A stretch of 64,000 nucleotides of DNA from Euglena gracilis. Lineage: Eukaryota. Made by a program: the position numbers and the translations under genes. Below, piece after piece: positions 12,601 through 25,800 of this stretch. The stretch covers positions 35,263,703 to 35,327,702 of the forward strand of contig CP154954.1 of the NCBI GenBank assembly GCA_039621445.1, written 5' to 3'. A model generated the notes under the pieces. The model was not told where the DNA came from, did no database searches, and saw nothing but the letters and a program-made list of their open reading frames with translations. Every line of letters starts with the position of its first letter. The stretch's first letter is position 1.

Positions 12601-15600
12601 CAACGGGTCCCCTGACTTTGGAGGCCTCCTGGAACACCCATTCGGTTACTCGGAGTAAGGCCCAATTTGGTCCATTTTTACATGGTAACCTGGGCTGACC
12701 TGGTAAATGTCCCCCGGAATGGTCGAATGCACCCATATAAATGTGCTCATTTCTTGAAACCAACATTCCCGCTGCATGTTTTTCTTACCATTAAACCACG
12801 ACAATCATGAATCCAACGGGTCCCCTGACTTTGGAAGCCTCCTGGAACACCCATTCGGTAACTCGGAGTAAGGCCCAATTTGGTCCATTTTTACATGGTA
12901 ACCTGGGCTGACCTGGTAAATGTCCCCCGGAATGGTCGAATGCACCCATCTAAGTCTGCTCATTTCTTGCAACCAACATTCCCGCTGCATGTTTTTCTTA
13001 CCATTAAACCACGACAATCATGAAACCAACGGGTCCCCTGACTTTGGAGGCCTCCTGGAACACCCATTCGGTTACTCGGAGTAAGGCCCAATTTGGTCCA
13101 TTTTTGCATGGTAACCTGGGCTGACCTGGTAAATGTCCCCCGGAATGGTCGAGTGCACCCATCTAAATGTGCTCATTTCTTGCAACCAACATTCCCGCTG
13201 CATGTTTTTCTTACCATTAAACCACGACAATCATGAATCCAACGGGTCCCCTGACTTTGGAGGCCTCCTGGAACACCCATTCGGTTACTCGGAGTAAGGC
13301 CCAATTTGGTCCATTTTTGCATGGTAACCTGGGCTGACCTGGTGAATGTCCCCCGGAATGGTCGAATGCACCCATCTAAATCTGCTCATTTCTTGCAACC
13401 AACATTCCCGCTGCATGTTTTTCTTACAATTAAACCACGACGATCATGAAACCAACGGGTCCCCTGACTTTGGAGGCCTCCTGGAACACCCATTCGGTTA
13501 CTCGGAGTAAGGCCCAATTTGGTCCATTTTTGCATGGTAACCTGGGCTGACCTGGTGAATGTCCCCCGGAATGGTCGAATGCACCCATCTAAATGTGCTC
13601 ATTTCTTGCAACCAACATTCCCGCTGCATGTTTTTCTTACCATTAAACCACGACAATCATGAAACCAACGGGTCCCCTGACTTTGGAGGCCTCCTGGAAC
13701 ACCCATTCGGTAACTCGGAGTAAGGCCCAATTTGGTCCATTTTTGCATGGTAACCTGGGCTGACCTGGTAAATGTCCCCCGGAATGGTCGAATGCACCCA
13801 CCTAAATGTGCTCATTTCTTGCAACCAACATTCCCGCTGCATGTTTTTCTTACCATTAAACCACGACAATCATGAAACCAACGGGTCCCCTGACTTTGGA
13901 GGCCTCCTGGAACACCCATTCGGTTACTCGGAGTAAGGCCCAATTTGGTCCATTTTTACATGGTAACCTGGGCTGACCTGGTAAATGTCCCCCGGAATGG
14001 TCGAATGCACCCATCTAAATTTGCTCATTTCTTGCAACCAACCTTCCCGCTGCATGTTTTTCTTACCATTAAACCACGACAATCATGAAACCAACGGGTC
14101 CCCTGACTTTGGAGGCCTCCTGGAACACCCATTCGGTAACTCGGAGTAAGGCCCAATTTGGTCCATTTTTGCATGGTAACCTGGGCTGACCTGGTAAATG
14201 TCCCCCGGAATGGTCGAATGCACCCACCTAAATGTGCTCATTTCTTGCAACCAACATTCCCGCTGCATGTTTTTCTTACCATTAAACCACGACAATCATG
14301 AAACCAACGGGTCCCCTGACTTTGGAGGCCTCCTGGAACACCCATTCGGTTACTCGGAGTAAGGCCCAACTGGGTCCATTTTTACATGGTAACCTGGGCT
14401 GACCTGGTAAATGTCCCCCGGAATGGTCGAATGCACCCATCTAAATCTGCTCATTTCTTGCAACCAACATTCCCGCTGCATGTTTTTCTTACCATTAAAC
14501 CACGACAATCATGAAACCAACGGGTCCCCTGACTTTGGAGGCCTCCTGGAACACCCATTCGGTTACTCGGAGTAAGGCCCAATTTGGTCAATTTTTGCAT
14601 GGTAACCTGGGCTGACCTGGTAAATGTCCCCCGGAATGGTCGAATGCACCCATCTAAATCTGCTCATTTCTTGCAACCAACATTCCCGCTGCATGTTTTT
14701 CTTACCATTAAACCACGACAATCATGAAACCAACGGGTCCCCTGACTTTGGAGGCCTCCTGGAACACCCATTCGGTAACTCGGAGTAAGGCCCAATTTGG
14801 TCCATTTTTGCATGGTAACCTGGGCTGACCTGGTAAATGTCCCCCTGAATGGTCGAATGCACCCACCTAAATGTGCTCATTTCTTGCAACCAACATTCCC
14901 GCTGAGTGTTTTTCTTACCATTAAACCACAGAAATCATGAAACCAACGGGTCCCCTGACTTTGGAGGCCTCCTGGAACACCCATTCGGTTACTCGGAGTA
15001 AGGCCCAACTGGGTCCATTTTTACATGGTAACCTGGGCTGACCTGGTAAATGTCCCCCGGAATGGTCGAATGCACCCATCTAAATCTGCTCATTTCTTGC
15101 AACCAACATTCCCGCTGCATGTTTTTCTTACCATTAAACCACGACAATCATGAAACCAACGGGTCCCCTGACTTTGGAGGCCTCCTGGAACACCCATTCG
15201 GTTACTCGGAGTAAGGCCCAATTTGGTCAATTTTTGCATGGTAACCTGGGCTGACCTGGTAAATGTCCCCCGGAATGGTCGAATGCACCCATCTAAATCT
15301 GCTCATTTCTTGCAACCAACATTCCCGCTGCATGTTTTTCTTACCATTAAACCACGACAATCATGAAACCAACGGGTCCCCTGACTTTGGAGGCCTCCTG
15401 GAACACCCATTCGGTTACTCGGAGTAAGGCCCAATTTGGTCCATTTTTGCATGGTAACCTGGGCTGACCTGGTAAATGTCCCCCGGAATGGTCGAATGCA
15501 CCCATCTAAATCTGCTCATTTATTGCAACCAACATTCCCGCTGCATGTTTTTCTTACCATTAAACCACGACAATCATGAAACCAACGGGTCCCCTGACTT

Positions 15601-18600
15601 TGCAGGCCTCCTGGAACACCCATTCGGTTACTCGGAGTAAGGCCCAATTTGGTCCATTTTTACATGGTAACCTGGGCTGACCTGGTAAATGTCCCCCGGA
15701 ATGGTCGAATGCACCCATCTAAATGTGCTCATTTCTTGCAACCAACATTCCCGCTGCATGTTTTTCTTACCATTAAACCACGACAATCATGACACCAACG
15801 GGTCCCCTGACTTTGGAGGCCTCCTGGAACACCCATTCGGTTACTCGGAGTAAGGCCCAATTTGGTCCATTTTTGCATGGTAACCTGGGCTGACCTGGTA
15901 AATGTCCCCCGGAATGGTCGAATGCACCCATCTAAATGTGCTCATTTCTTGCAACCAACATTCCCGCTGCATGTTTTTCTTACCATTAAAACCACGACAA
16001 TCATGAAACCAACGGGTCCCCTGACTTTGGAGGCCTCCTGGAACACCCATTCGGTAACTCGGAGTAAGGCCCAATTTGGTCCATTTTTACATGGTAACCT
16101 GGGCTGACCTGGTAAATGTCCCCCGGAATGGTCGAATGCACCCATCTAAATTTGCTCATTTCTTGCAACCAACCTTCCCGCTGCATGTTTTTCTTACCAT
16201 TAAACCACGACAATCATGAAACCAACGGGTCCCCTGACTTTGGAGGCCTCCTGGAACACCCATTCGGTAACTCGGAGTAAGGCCCAATTTGGTCCATTTT
16301 TGCATGGTAACCTGGGCTGACCTGGTAAATGTCCCCCAGAATGGTCGAATGCACCCATCTAAATGTGCTCATTTCTTGCAACCAACATTCCCGCTGCATG
16401 TTTTTCTTACCATTAAACCACATAAATCATGAAACCAACGGGTCCCCTGACTTTGGAGGCCTCCTGGAACACCCATTCGGTTACTCGGAGTAAGGCCCAA
16501 CTGGGTCCATTTTTACATGGTAACCTGGGCTGACCTGGTAAATGTCCCCCGGAATGGTCGAATGCACCCATCTAGATTCTGCTCATTTCTTGCAACCAAC
16601 ATTCCCGCTGCATGTTTTTCTTACCATTAAACCACGACAATCATGAAACCAACGGGTCCCCTGACTTTGGAGGCCTCCTGGAACACCCATTCGGTTACTC
16701 GGAGTAAGGCCCAATTTGGTCAATTTTTACATGGTAACCTGGGCTGACCTGGTAAATGTCCCCCGGAATGGTCGAATGCACCCATCTAAATCTGCTCATT
16801 CTTGCAACCAACATTCCCGCTGCATGTTTTTCTTACCATTAAACCACGACAATCATGAAACCAACGGGTCCCCTGACTTTGGAGGCCTCCTGGAACACCC
16901 ATTCGGTTACTCGGAGTAAGGCCCAATTTCGTCCATTTTTGCATGGTAACCTGGGCTGTCCTGGTAAATGTCCCCGGAATGGTCGAATGCACCCATCTAA
17001 ATCTGCTCATTTCTTGCAACCAACATTCCCGCTGCATGTTTTTCTTACCATTAAACCACGACAATCATGAAACCAACGGGTCCCCTGACTTTGGAGGCCT
17101 CCTGGAACACCCATTCGGTTACTCGGAGTAAGGCCCAACTGGGTCCATTTTTACATGGTAACCTGGGCTGACCTGGTAAATGTCCCCCGGAATGGTCGAA
17201 TGCACCCATCTAAATCTGCTCATTTCTTGCAACCAACATTCCCGCTGCATGTTTTTCTTACCATTAACCACGACAATCATGAAACCAACGGGTCCCCTGA
17301 CTTTGGAGGCCTCCTGGAACACCCATTCGGTTACTCGGAGTAAGGCCCAATTTGGTCCATTTTTACATGGTAACCTGGGCTGACCTGGTAAATGTCCCCC
17401 GGAATGGTCGAATGCACCCATCTAAATGTGCTCATTTCTTGCAACCAACATTCCCGCTGCATGTTTTTCTTACCATTAAACCACGACAATCATGAAACCA
17501 ACGGGTCCCCTGACTTTGGAGGCCTCCTGGAACACCCATTTGGTAACTCGGAGTAAGGCCCAATTTGGTCCATTTTTACATGGTAACCTGGGCTGACCTG
17601 GTAAATGTCCCCCGGAATGGTCGAATGCACCCATCTAAATCTGCTCATTTCTTGCAACCAACATTCCCGCTGCATGTTTTTCTTACCATTAAACCACGAC
17701 AATCATGAAACCAACGGGTCCCCTGACTTTGGAGGCCTCCTGGAACACCCATTCGGTTACTCGGAGTAAGGCCCAATTTGGTCCATTTTTGCATGGTAAC
17801 CTGGGCTGACCTGGTAAATGTCCCCCGGAATGGTCGAATGCACCCATCTAAATGTGCTCATTTCTTGCAACCAACATTCCCGCTGCATGTTTTTCTTACC
17901 ATTAAACCACGAAAATCATGAAACCAACGGGTCCTGGAACACCCATTCGGTTACTTGGAGTAAGGCCCAATTTGGTCCATTTTTACATGGTAACCTGGGC
18001 TGACCTGGTAAATGTCCCCCGGAATGGTCGAATGCACCCATCTAAATGTGTTCATTTCTTGCAACCAACACTCCCGCTGCATGTTTTTCTTACCATTAAA
18101 CCACGACAATCATGAAACCAACGGGTCCCCTGACTTTGGAGGCCTCCTGGAACACCCATTCGGTTACTCGGAGTAAGGCCCAATTTGGTCCATTTTTACA
18201 TGGTAACCTGGGCTGACCTGGTAAATGTCCCCCGGAATGGTCGAATGCACCCATCTAAATCTGCTCATTTCTTGCAACCAACATTCCCGCTGCATGTTTT
18301 TCTTACAATTACACCACGAAAATCATAAAACCAACGGGTCCCCTGACTTTGGAGGCCTCCTGGAACACCCATTCGGTTACTCGGAGTAAGGCCCAATTTG
18401 GTCCATTTTTACATGGTAACCTGGGCTGACCTGGTAAATGTCCCCCGGAATGGTCGAATGCACCCATCTAAATCTGCTCATTTCTTGCAACCAACATTCC
18501 CGCTGCATGTTTTTCTTACCATTAAACCACGACAATCATGAAACCAACGGGTCCCCTGACTTTGGAGGCCTCCTGGAACACCCATTCGGTTACTCGGAGT

Positions 18601-19803
18601 AAGGCCCAATTTGGTCAATTTTTGCATGGTAACCTGGGCTGACCTGGTAAATGTCCCCCGGAATGGTCGAATGCACCCATCTAAATCTGCTCATTCTTGC
18701 AACCAACATTCCCGCTGCATGTTTTTCTTACCATTAAACCACGACAATCATGAAACCAACGGGTCCCCTGACTTTGGAGGCCTCCTGGAACACCCATTCG
18801 GTTACTCGGAGTAAGGCCCAATTTGGTCCATTTTTACATGGTAACCTGGGCTGACCTGGTAAATGTCCCCCGGAATGGTCGAATGCACCCATCTAAATCT
18901 GCTCATTTCTTGCAACCAACATTCCCGCTGCATGTTTTTCTTACCATTAAACCACAGAAATCATGAAACCAACGGGTCCCCTGACTTTGGAGGCCTCCTG
19001 GAACACCCATTCGGTTACTCGGAGTAAGGCCCAATTTGGTCCATTTTTACATGGTAACCTGGGCTGACCTGGTAAATGTCCCCCGGAATGGTCGAATGCA
19101 CCCATCTAAATCTGCTCATTTCTTGCAACCAACATTCCCGCTGCATGTTTTTCTTACCATTAAACCACGACAATCATGAAACCAACGGGTCCCCTGACTT
19201 TGGAGGCCTCCTGGAACACCCATTCGGTTACTCGGAGTAAGGCCCAATTTGGTCCATTTTTACATGGTAACCTGGGCTGACCTGGTAAATGTCCCCCGGA
19301 ATGGTCGAATGCACCCATCTAAATCTGCTCATTTCTTGCAACCAACATTCCCGCTGCATGTTTTTCTTACCATTAAACCACGACAATCATGAAACCAACG
19401 GGTCCCCTGACTTTGGAGGCCTCCTGGAACACCCATTCGGTTACTCGGAGTAAGGCCCAATTTGGTCCATTTTTACATGGTAACCTGGGCTGACCTGGTA
19501 AATGTCCCCCGGAATGGTCGAATGCACCCATCTAAATGTGCTCATTTCTTGCAACCAACATTCCCGCTGCATGTTTTTCTTAACATTAAACCACGACAAT
19601 CACGAACTGACTTTGGAGGCCTCCTGGAACACCCATTCGGTTACTCGGAGTAAGGCCCAATTTGGTCCATTTTTACATGGTAACCTGGGCTGACCTGGTA
19701 AATGTCCCCCGGAATGGTCGAATGCACTCATCTAAATGTGCTCATTTCTTGCAACCAACCTTCCGGCTGCATGTTTTTCTACCATTAAACCACGACAATC
19801 ATG
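9650..19803 (+). repeat. Satellite block 2, forward
   Basis: Forward monomers up to ...CACGACAATCATG at 19803. Confidence 0.97.
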
Positions 19804-19805
19804 CA

Positions 19806-22800
19806 TGCATTCGACCATTCCGGGGGACATTTACCAGGTCAGCCAAGGTTACCATGTAAAAATGGACCAAATTGGGCCTTACTCCGAGTTACCGAATGGG
19901 TGTTCCAGGAGGCCTCCAAAGTCAGGGGACCCGTTGGTTTCATGATTGTCGTGGTTTAATGGTAAGAAAAACATGCAGCCGGAAGGTTGGTTGCAAGAAA
20001 TGAGCAGATTTAGATGGGTGCATTCGACCATTCCGGGGGACATTTACCAGGTCAGCCCAGGTTACCATGTAAAAATGGACCAAATTGGGCCTTACTCCGA
20101 GTAACCGAATGGGTGTTCCAGGAGGCCTCCAAAGTCAGGGGACCCGTTGGTTTCATGATTCTCGTGGTTTAATGGTAAAAAATACATGCAGCAGGAAGGT
20201 TGGTTGCAAGAAAGGAGCAGATTTAGACGGGTGCATTCGACCATTCCGGGGGACATTTACCAGGTCAGCCCAGGTTACCATGTAAAAATGGACCAAATTG
20301 GGCCTTACTCCGAGTAACCGAATGGGTGTTCCAGGAGGCCTCCAAAGTCAGGGGACCCGTTGGTTTCATGATTGTCGTGGTTTAATGGTAAGAAAAACAT
20401 GCAGCCGGAAGGTTGGTTGCAAGAAATGAGCAGATTTAGATGGGTGCATTCGACCATTCCGGGGGACATTTACCAGGTCAGCCCAGGTTACCATGCAAAA
20501 ATGGACCAAATTGGGCCTTACTCCGAGTAACCGAATGGGTGTTCCAGGAGGCCTCCAAAGTCAGGGGACCCGTTGGTTTCATGATTGTCGTGGTTTAATG
20601 GTAAGAAAAACATGCAGCGGGAAGGTTGGTTGCAAGAAATGAGCAGATTTAGATGGGTGCATTCGACCATTCCGGGGGACATTTACCAGGTCAGCCCAGG
20701 TTACCATGTAAAAATGGACCAAATTGGGCCTTACTCCGAGTTACCGAATGGGTGTTCCAGGAGGCCTCCAAAGTCAGGGGACCCGTTGGTTTCATGATTG
20801 TCGTGGTTTAATGGTAAGAAAAACATGCAGCCGGAAGGTTGGTTGCAAGAAATGAGCAGATTTAGATGGGTGCATTCGACCATTCCGGGGGACATTTACC
20901 AGGTCAGCCCAGGTTACCATGCAAAAAAATGGACCAAATTGGGCCTTACTCCGAGTAACCGAATGGGTGTTCCAGGAGGCCTCCAAAGTCAGGGGACCCG
21001 TTGGTTTCATGATTGTCGTGGTTTAATGGTAAGAAAAACATGCAGGCGGAAGGTTGGTTGCAAGAAATGAGCAGATTTAGATGGGTGCATTCGACCATTC
21101 CGGGGGACATTTACCAGGTCAGCCCAGGTTACCATGTAAAAATGGACCAAATTGGGCCTTACTCCGAGTTACCGAATGGGTGTTCCAGGAGGCCTCCAAA
21201 GTCAGGGGACCCGTTGGTTTCATGATTGTCGTGGTTTAATGGTAAGAAAAACATGCAGCGGGAAGGTTGGTTGCAAGAAATGAGCAGATTTAGATGGGTG
21301 CATTCGACCATTCCGGGGGACATTTACCAGGTCAGCCCAGGTTACCATGTAAAAATGGACCAAATTGGGCCTTACTCCGAGTTACCGAATGGGTGTTCCA
21401 GGAGGCCTCCAAAGTCAGGGGACCCGTTGGTTTCATGATTGTCGTGGTTTAATGGTAAGAAAAACATGCAGCCGGAAGGTTGGTTGCAAGAAATGAGCAG
21501 ATTTAGATGGGTGCATTCGACCATTCCGGGGGGACATTTACCAGGTCAGCCCAGGTTACCATGTAAAAATGGACCAAATTGGGCCTTACTCCGAGTCACC
21601 GAATGGGTGTTCCAGGAGGCCTCCAAAGTCAGGGGACCCGTTGGTTTCATGATTGTCGTGGTTTAATGGTAAGAAAAACATGCAGCCGGAAGGTTGGTTG
21701 CAAGAAATGAGCAGATTTAGATGGGTGCATTCGACCATTCCGGGGGACATTTACCAGGTCAGCCCAGGTTACCATGTAAAAATGGACCAAATTGGGCCTT
21801 ACTCCGAGTTACCGAATGGGTGTTCCAGGAGGCCTCCAAAGTCAGGGGACCCGTTGGTTTCATGATTGTCGTGGTTTCATGGTAAGAAAAACATGCAGCA
21901 GGAAGGTTGGTTGCAAGAAATGAGCAGATTTAGATGGGTGCATTCGACCATTCCGGGGGACATTTACCAGGTCAGCCCAGGTTACCATGTAAAAATGGAC
22001 CAAATTGGGCCTTACTCCGAGTCACCGAATGGGTGTTCCAGGAGGCCTCCAAAGTCAGGGGACCCGTTGGTTTCATGATTGTCGTGGTTTAATGGTAAGA
22101 AAAACATGCAGCCGGAAGGTTGGTTGCAAGAAATGAGCAGATTTAGATGGGTGCATTCGACCATTCCGGGGGACATTTACCAGGTCAGCCCAGGTTACCA
22201 TGCAAAAATGGATCAAAATGGGCCTTACTCCGAGTAACCGAATGGGTGTTCCAGGAGGCCTCCAAAGTCAGGGGACCCGTTGGTTTCATGATTGTCGTGG
22301 TTTAATGGTAAGAAAAACATGCAGCAGGAAGGTTGGTTGCAAGAAATGAGCAGATTTAGATGGGTGCATTCGACCATTCCGGGGGACATTTACCAGGTCA
22401 GCCCAGGTTACCATGTAAAAATGGACCAAATTGGGCCTTACTCCGAGTTACCGAATGGGTGTTCCAGGAGGCCTCCAAAGTCAGGGGACCCGTTGGTTTC
22501 ATGATTGTCGTGGTTTAATGGTAAGAAAAACATGCAGCGGGAATTTTGGTTGCAAGAAATGAGCAGATTTAGATGGGTGCATTCGACCATTCCGGGGGAC
22601 ATTTACCAGGTCAGCCCAGGTTACCATGTAAAAATGGACCAAATTGGGCCTTACTCCGAGTTACCGAATGGGTGTTCCAGGAGGCCTCCAAAGTCAGGGG
22701 ACCCGTTTTCATGATTGTCGTGGTTTAATGGTAAGAAAAACATGCAGCCGGAAGGTTGGTTGCAAGAAATGAGCAGATTTAGATGGGTGCATTCGACCAT

Positions 22801-25800
22801 TCCGGGGGACATTTACCAGGTCAGCCCAGGTTACCATGTAAAAATGGACCAAATTGGGCCTTACTCCGAGGTACCGAATGGGTGTTCCAGGAGGCCTCCA
22901 AAGTCAGGGGACCCGTTGGTTTCATGATTGTCGTGGTTTAATGGTAAGAAAAACATGCAGCGGGAATGTTGGTTGCAAGAAATGAGCAGATTTAGATGGG
23001 TGCATTCGACCATTCCGGGGGACATTTACCAGGTCAGCCCAGGTTACCATGTATAAATGGACCAAATTGGGCCTTACTCCGAGTCACCGAATGGGTGTTC
23101 CAGGAGGCCTCCAAAGTCAGGGGACCCGTTGGTTTCATGATTGTCGTGGTTTAATGGTAAGAAAAACATGCAGCCGGAAGGTTGGTTGCAAGAAATGAGC
23201 AGATTTAGATGGGTGCATTCGACCATTCCGGGGGACATTTACCAGGTCAGCCCAGGTTACCATGTAAAAATGGACCAAATTGGGCCTTACTCCGAGTTAC
23301 CGAATGGGTGTTCCAGGAGGCCTCCAAAGTCAGGGGACCCGTTGGTTTCATGATGGTCGTGGTTTAATGGTAAGAAAAACATGCAGCGGGAATGTTGGTT
23401 GCAAGAAATGAGCAGATTTAGATGGGTGCATTCGACCATTCCGGGGGACATTTACCAGGTCAGCCCAGGTTACCATGTAAAAATGGACCAAATTGGGCCT
23501 TACTCCGAGTTACCGAATGGGTGTTCCAGGAGGCCTCCAAAGTCAGGGGACCCGTTGGTTTCATGATTGTCGTGGTTTAATGGTAAGAAAAACATGCAGC
23601 CGGAAGGTTGGTTGCAAGAAATGAGCAGATTTAGATGGGTGCATTCGACCATTCCGGGGGACATTTACCAGGTCAGCCCAGGTTACCATGTAAAAATGGA
23701 CCAAATTGGGCCTTACTCCGAGTCACCGAATGGGTGTTCCAGGAGGCCTCCAAAGTCAGGGGACCCGTTGGTTTCATGATTGTCGTGGTTTAATGGTAAG
23801 AAAAACATGCAGCCGGAAGGTTGGTTGCAAGAAATGAGCAGATTTAGATGGGTGCATTCGACCATTCCGGGGGACATTTACCAGGTCAGCCCAGGTTACC
23901 ATGTAAAAATGGACCAAATTGGGCCTTACTCCGAACCTACCGAATGGGTGTTCCAGGAGGCCTCCAAAGTCAGGGGACCCGTTGATTTCATGATTGTCGT
24001 GGTTTAATGGTAAGAAAAACATGCAGCGGAAGGTTGGTTGCAAGAAATGAGCAGATTTAGATGGGTGCATTCGACCATTCCGGGGGACATTTACCAGGTC
24101 AGCCCAGGTTACCATGTAAAAATGGACCAAATTGGGCCTTACTCCGAGTTACCGAATGGGTGTTCCAGGAGGCCTCCAAAGTCAGGGGACCCGTTGGTTT
24201 CATGATTGTCGTGGTTTAATGGTAAGAAAACATGCAGCCGGAATGTTGGTTGCAAGAAATGAGCAGATTTAGATGGGTGCATTCGACCATTCCGGGGGAC
24301 ATTTACCAGGTCAGCCCAGGTTACCATGTAAAAATGGACCAAATTGGGCCTTACTCCGAGTTACCGAATGGGTGTTCCAGGAGGCCTCCAAAGTCAGGGG
24401 ACCCGTTGGTTTCATGATTGTCGTGGTTTAATGGTAAGAAAAACATGCAGCGGGAATGTTGGTTGCAAGAAATGAGCAGATTTAGATGGGTGCATTCGAC
24501 CATTCCGGGGGACATTTACCAGGTCAGCCCAGGTTACCATGTAAAAATGGACCAAATTGGGCCTTACTCCGAGTTACCGAATGGGTGTTCCAGGAGGCCT
24601 CCAAAGTCAGGGGACCCGTTGGTTTCATGATTGTCGTGGTTTAATGGTAAGAAAAACATGCAGCGGGAATGTTGGTTGCAAGAAATGAGCAGATTTAGAT
24701 GGGTGCATTCGACCATTCCGGGGGACATTTACCAGGTCAGCCCAGGTTACCATGTAAAAATGGACCAAATTGGGCCTTACTCCGAGTAACCGAATGGGTG
24801 TTCCAGGAGGCCTCCAAAGTCAGGGGACCCGTTGGTTTCATGATTGTCGTGGTTTAATGGTAAGAAAAACATGCAGCCGGAAGGTTGGTTGCAAGAAATG
24901 AGCAGATTTAGATGGGTGCATTCGACCATTCCGGGGGACATTTACCAGGTCAGCCCAGGTTACCATGTAAAAATGGACCAAATTGGGCCTTACTCCGAGT
25001 TACCGAATGGGTGTTCCAGGAGGCCTCCAAAGTCAGGGGACCCGTTGGTTTCATGATTGTCGTGGTTTAATGGTAAGAAAAACATGCAGCGGATGTTGGT
25101 TGCAAGAAATGAGCAGATTTAGATGGGTGCATTCGACCATTCCGGGGGACATTTACCAGGTCAGCCCAGGTTACCATGTAAAAATGGACCAAATTGGGCC
25201 TTACTCCGAGTAACCGAATGGGTGTTCCAGGAGGCCTCCAAAGTCAGGGGACCCGTTGGTTTCATGATTGTCGTGGTTTAATGGTAAGAAAAACATGCAG
25301 CCGGAAGGTTGGTTGCAAGAAATGAGCAGATTTAGATGGGTGCATTCGACCATTCCGGGGGACATTTACCAGGTCAGCCCAGGTTACCATGTAAAAATGG
25401 ACCAAATTGGGCCTTACTCCGAGTAACCGAATGGGTGTTCCAGGAGGCCTCCAAAGTCAGGGGACCCGTTGGTTTCATGATTGTCGTGGTTTAATGGTAA
25501 GAAAAACATGCAGCGGAATGTTGGTTGCAAGAAATGAGCAGATTTAGATGGGTGCATTCGACCATTCCGGGGGACATTTACCAGGTCAGCCCAGGTTACC
25601 ATGTATAAATGGACCAAATTGGGCCTTACTCAGAGTCACCGATTGGGTGCTCCAGGAGGCCTCCAAAGTCCAGGGGACCCGTTGGTTTCATGATTGTCGT
25701 GGTTTAATGGTAAGAAAAACATGCACCGGGAATGTTGGTTGCAAGAAATGAGCAGATTTAGATGGGTGCATTCGACCATTCCGGGGGACATTTACCAGGT

